A stretch of DNA of 64,000 nucleotides from Azolla caroliniana (taxonomy: Eukaryota > Plantae > Polypodiophyta). A model generated the notes under the pieces. It saw only the letters and a list, made by a program, of their open reading frames with translations, did not search any database and was not told the origin of the DNA. Of the stretch, positions 60,105 to 64,000 are shown one piece after another. The stretch spans positions 7,874,001-7,938,000 of the forward strand of contig JBHGNT010000021.1 in the NCBI GenBank assembly GCA_043228905.1. The letters run 5' to 3'. Numbering within the stretch: the stretch's first letter is position 1; each line of letters starts with the position of its first letter. The position numbers and the translations under genes were made by a program.

Positions 60105-63100
60105 CCCCTGCATATGTCATTACATACCCGGATGTAGACCTGCTGGTATCCACATCAGCCGACATGTCCGAATCAGTGAAACCGTCCAGTTGAGGTTTTC
60201 CGGAGCCGAATCGGAGACACATATTTGAAGTGCCCTTCAAATACCGGAGTATCCATTTGACTGCGTTCCAGTGCTCCTTGCCGGGATTACTCATGAACCG
60301 GCTCACCACTCCGACTGCGTGTCCAATATCTGGTCGGGTACAAACCATTGCGTACATCAAGCTCCTGACGGCAGAGGCATATGGAATCTTCATCATATCT
60401 GCCTTCTCTCCTTTCGTCTTCGGGCTTTGCTTGCCGGATAGTTTGCAGTTTGCCGGAAGTGTCGATCCGACCAGTTTCGCATCTGACATGTTGAACCGGT
60501 GAAGTACCTTTGTCACGTACTTCTCCTGTGACAGCCATAATTGCTTCACTGACCGGTCCCGAATGATGTGCATCCCCAACATCTGTCTTGCCGAACCCAA
60601 GTCTTTCATTGAGAAGGTCCAGTTAAGAGCCTTCTTCAGCATCCGTATTTCGACTTGGTCCCGTCCGACGATCAACATGTCATCCACGTATAGGAGGAGT
60701 ATCAGGAAGTCCCCTCCTTCGAACTTCTTCACAAACACGCAGTGATCAGTCTGCGTCTTGTGGTACCCTTGATCGGTCATGAAGGAGTCGAACTTCCGGT
60801 ACCATTGCCGGGGAGCCTGCTTCAGTCCGTACAGGCTCTTCTTCAACCGGCATACCAGGTGCTCCTTCCCTTTCTCCAGAAATCCTTCCGGTTGCTGCAT
60901 GTAGATCTCCTCTTCGAGGTCGCCGTGAAGGAATGCCGTCTTCACGTCCAGCTGCTCTACCTCGAGGTCCATGCTTGCTGCTATACTCAGCACCGTCCGG
61001 ATAGAGGTCATCTTTACTACCGGGGCGAATATCTCGTCGAAGTCCACGCCCTTCTTCTGCTGGAACCCCTTCACCACGATCCTGGCTTTGTATCTCGGGG
61101 GGTTGCCGGCATCTCCCGGTTTCAACTTGTACACCCACTTGTTTTGGAGTGCCCGCTTTCCTTTCGGCAACTCCACTAATTCGTATGTATGGTTCTCATG
61201 CAGGGAATCCATCTCGTCCTACATGGCACTTAACCATTTTCGGCTGTGGGTGTCTTCCTTCACTTCTTCGAAGCTTTCCGGCTCCCCCTCATCGGTCAAC
61301 AGAACATGCTCTGCATCCGGAAATCTCCGGGGGGCCCTTCTCTCTCTGAGAGGATATCTACGTCTTCGGGCTTCGGGAACCAGCTCCTCCATTTGATCTT
61401 CATCCGAATCCGATTCGGGGTCTTGGCCGGTTCCGGTCTCAGCTTCCTCTACTTCTTCTTCTGCCGGTTCGGTATCCTCACCGTAACCGGCTGGTTCTTC
61501 GAGTGCTAACCGGTCTCTTGCCGGTTGGGTCTGCTCATTGTAGAGTCTATCCTTACCAGTCGACTCAGAGTTCATTGTCTTCTTCTTCGACTCCCAGTCG
61601 GCGAGCGTCTTGTCCTCCATGAAGATAATATCTCGACTCCGGAATACCTTCTTGTCAACCGGGTCCCACACTCGGTAGCCGAACTCATTGTCACCGTAAC
61701 CGAGGAATATGCATGGCCGGGTCTTTGGATCTAACTTTCCTCTCCGGTCCTTTGCTACATGCACGTACGCGAGACACCCGAACACCCTCAGATGCCGGTA
61801 GGATACTTCCTTACCGGTCCACACTCTCTATGGCGTGTCTCCGTCCAAGGGTACTAAGGGTGATCTATTAATCACATATGTTGTCGTCGACAGTGCCTCA
61901 GCCCAAAACTTCTTGGGTAGGTTTGCATGCGCTAGCATACTCCGGACCCTCTCCATTATGGTCCGGTTCATCCTCTCGGCCAGTCCGTTTAGTTCCGGCG
62001 TCTTCGGCACGGTAAATTCGAGCCGGATTCCCTTCGAGCGGCAGTACTCCTCGAACTGCCCTCGGTATTCTCCTCCGTTATCTGCTCGAACCGCCTTCAG
62101 CTTCCGGCCGGTTTCTCTTTCCACTCTCGCGTGGAGCTCTTTGAAGATGGATAACACCTGATCCTTCGTCTTCAGCGGTGTAGCCCACAGCTTCCGGCTG
62201 TGGTCATCTATGAATGTCACGAAGTACTGCGCTCCGGCATGTGACTTCGTGTCTACTTGACACACGTCCGTATGCACCAACTCCAGTGGTGCATTACGTC
62301 TCATTGGTCGCCTTGATCGGAAAGAGGTCTGGTTCTGCTTACCAGCCAGACAATCAGTGCACTTCTCCAAGTGCACGTTCTTCACTGGGATGAGGTTGTC
62401 TTCTGCAAGCCTCTTCATCCCCTTCTCGCTCATGTGACACAGCCTCTTGTACCAAAGCTCACCGGCAGTGTCGGATGCCATGTTCACTTCTTCCGGACAT
62501 AACCGGGCATTCATCAGGTACAGTGTGCTTACCTTCCGGGCCCGAGCCACAATCAGGCTCCCTTTGCTGAACTTCATGACACCGTTCCGGATGCTACCCG
62601 TGTAGCCTTCATCATCTAACCGACCGGCTGATATCAGGTTTAGACGAACTTCCGGAACGTGTCGGACATCCTTCAGCAGCATCTTGCATCCAGTTGGTGT
62701 TGTCAGCCACACTTCTCCTATGCCGACAATTCGGCATGTACCTTCATTCCCCATCCGGACACAGTTGTGATTACCGGCTGAGTAGGATGAGAAGCATTTC
62801 CGGTCCGGGGTAAGGTGGAACGATGCTCCGGAGTCTACCACCCAGGTCATCTCGTCGCCGGCAAGGTTTATCTCACTCTCCTCGGTGATGAGCATCAGCT
62901 CTTCTTCGCTTGCCGCGATTGCCGTCGTTCCCTTCCGGTCCGGCCGCCTCCGGTCTTTACCGTTCCGGTCTTTACCATTCCGGTCCGGGGTTTGCTTTGA
63001 GTCGGTACCGTCGGTTTCCTTGTCTTTATGGAAATGCCGACAGTTCTTTTGGAAGTGTCCCGGCTTGCCGCAATAGAAGCAAGTAGGCCTCCCCCTCGAC

Positions 63101-63774
63101 TTTGACCGTGTCCTCGACTTCTCCTGGTTCTGGGGACTACGGTTTCTATGTCTTCCGCGTTCCGATTCGGTAAGAAGCGCTTTGGAGTCGGAGCTCGTAT
63201 CTTTGTCTTTCCGACGCGCCTCCTCATCTAGCAAGCTCGACTTTACTCTTGCTAGGGATAACCGTTTTCCTTCCGGCCCGGCGTTGCCCAAAGTGACAAC
63301 CAACGTCTCCCAGCTATCCGGGAGGGAACCGAGCAGGAGTAACGCTAATACCTCATCGGCAAGAGGTACTTCCAATGACGTTGCCTGGTGTATCAGCCCC
63401 TGGAAGGCATTCATATGCTCCGCCATGCTGGAGCCATCTTGGTACCGGAGTTTTACTAGCTTCCGGAATACCGACACCTGATTGACAACATTTTTGTTCT
63501 GGAACATTATGCCGATCTTCTCCTAGAGCTCATGAGCCTTGCTCTCTTCGTTGAAGTTGTTGTATAGGCTCATGTCGATGAAGCACCGTATATACGCCGT
63601 TGTCTTCATGTGCATCACCTCCCATATCGCGGCGTCGATTTTGTCCGGTCTCTTGTCCCCGAACTGAACCGGCAGCCAGAGGTCTTTAACAACGAGCATG
63701 TCCCTCATCTTCGACTTCCATACTGAATAGTTGGAGCCGGTGAGCTTGAACATGCCGCCAAATGATTCGTCCAT
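60105..63774 (-). pseudogene. gag-pol: Copia K gag-PR-INT-RT polyprotein with only a few lesions
   Basis: ORFs of 103, 559, 201 and 397 aa are collinear; CFYCGKPGHFQKNC, DSGAS, ADNGGEY, YVDD. Confidence 0.95.
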
Positions 63775-63790
63775 TTTCTGTGTTGATCTC

Positions 63791-63802
63791 GCTCTGATAC
63801 TG
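63791..63802 (-). promoter_or_regulatory. Altered PBS of Copia K
   Basis: CAGTATCAGAGC instead of TGGTATCAGAGC. Confidence 0.75.
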
Positions 63803-64000
63803 CTTGTCGGGAACCCAACGTTCCTTATGCGCAAGGCTCAGCCACAACCGAGCTTAGAATGATACACAGAAAACGGGAAATAAACGAGACACAAAGAAGA
63901 GAAATGGTACACAGGAGGTTTACGTGGAAAACCCCAAACTAGGGGAAAAACCACGGCAGCCCATAGGCTGCAAACTGTCACTATGTATGAATGCACAAAA

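Larger units (their letters stand above)
49094..64000 (-). mobile_element. Copia element K (A/B/C family), near-intact, interrupted by Gypsy L; 5' LTR runs off the window
   Basis: 3' LTR 49094-49825, 5' LTR 63805->64000 (2 mismatches over 196 bp), PPT 49826-49837. Confidence 0.93.

Overview
This is eukaryotic (land-plant, probably bryophyte-like) TE-dense DNA, not prokaryotic. About 85% is nested LTR retrotransposons around one intact host gene: a 6-exon UBC7/UBE2G-type E2 ubiquitin-conjugating enzyme (minus strand, CDS 26963-24033, 167 aa). Left nest (1-20228): Tto1/Tnt1-like Copia C(-) apparently holds Copia A(+). A holds a non-autonomous Gypsy in its 5' LTR and Copia B(-), and B holds a full-length Tcn1-like chromovirus (8048-13729). 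Middle (27.6-47 kb): a decayed LINE split by two TSD-flanked Copia elements, further Copia fragments, a solo LTR and a Gypsy leader fragment. Right nest: near-intact Copia K(-) (49094->64000) holding a full-length Athila/Phygy-like Gypsy (50233-60104). Most notable: (1) a ~925-1000 codon extra sense ORF in that Gypsy (PMD/transposon-protein-like N-domain plus long coiled coil), with candidate expression signals and no polypurine tract; (2) a tRNA-independent self-priming PBS and a -1 frameshift cassette in the chromovirus; (3) a stop-free gag-PR-'palm-less RT' ORF; (4) a Copia family with a ~200-aa pol tail between two PPT-like motifs. Coordinates were read by eye and family names rest on motif recognition, not database searches.
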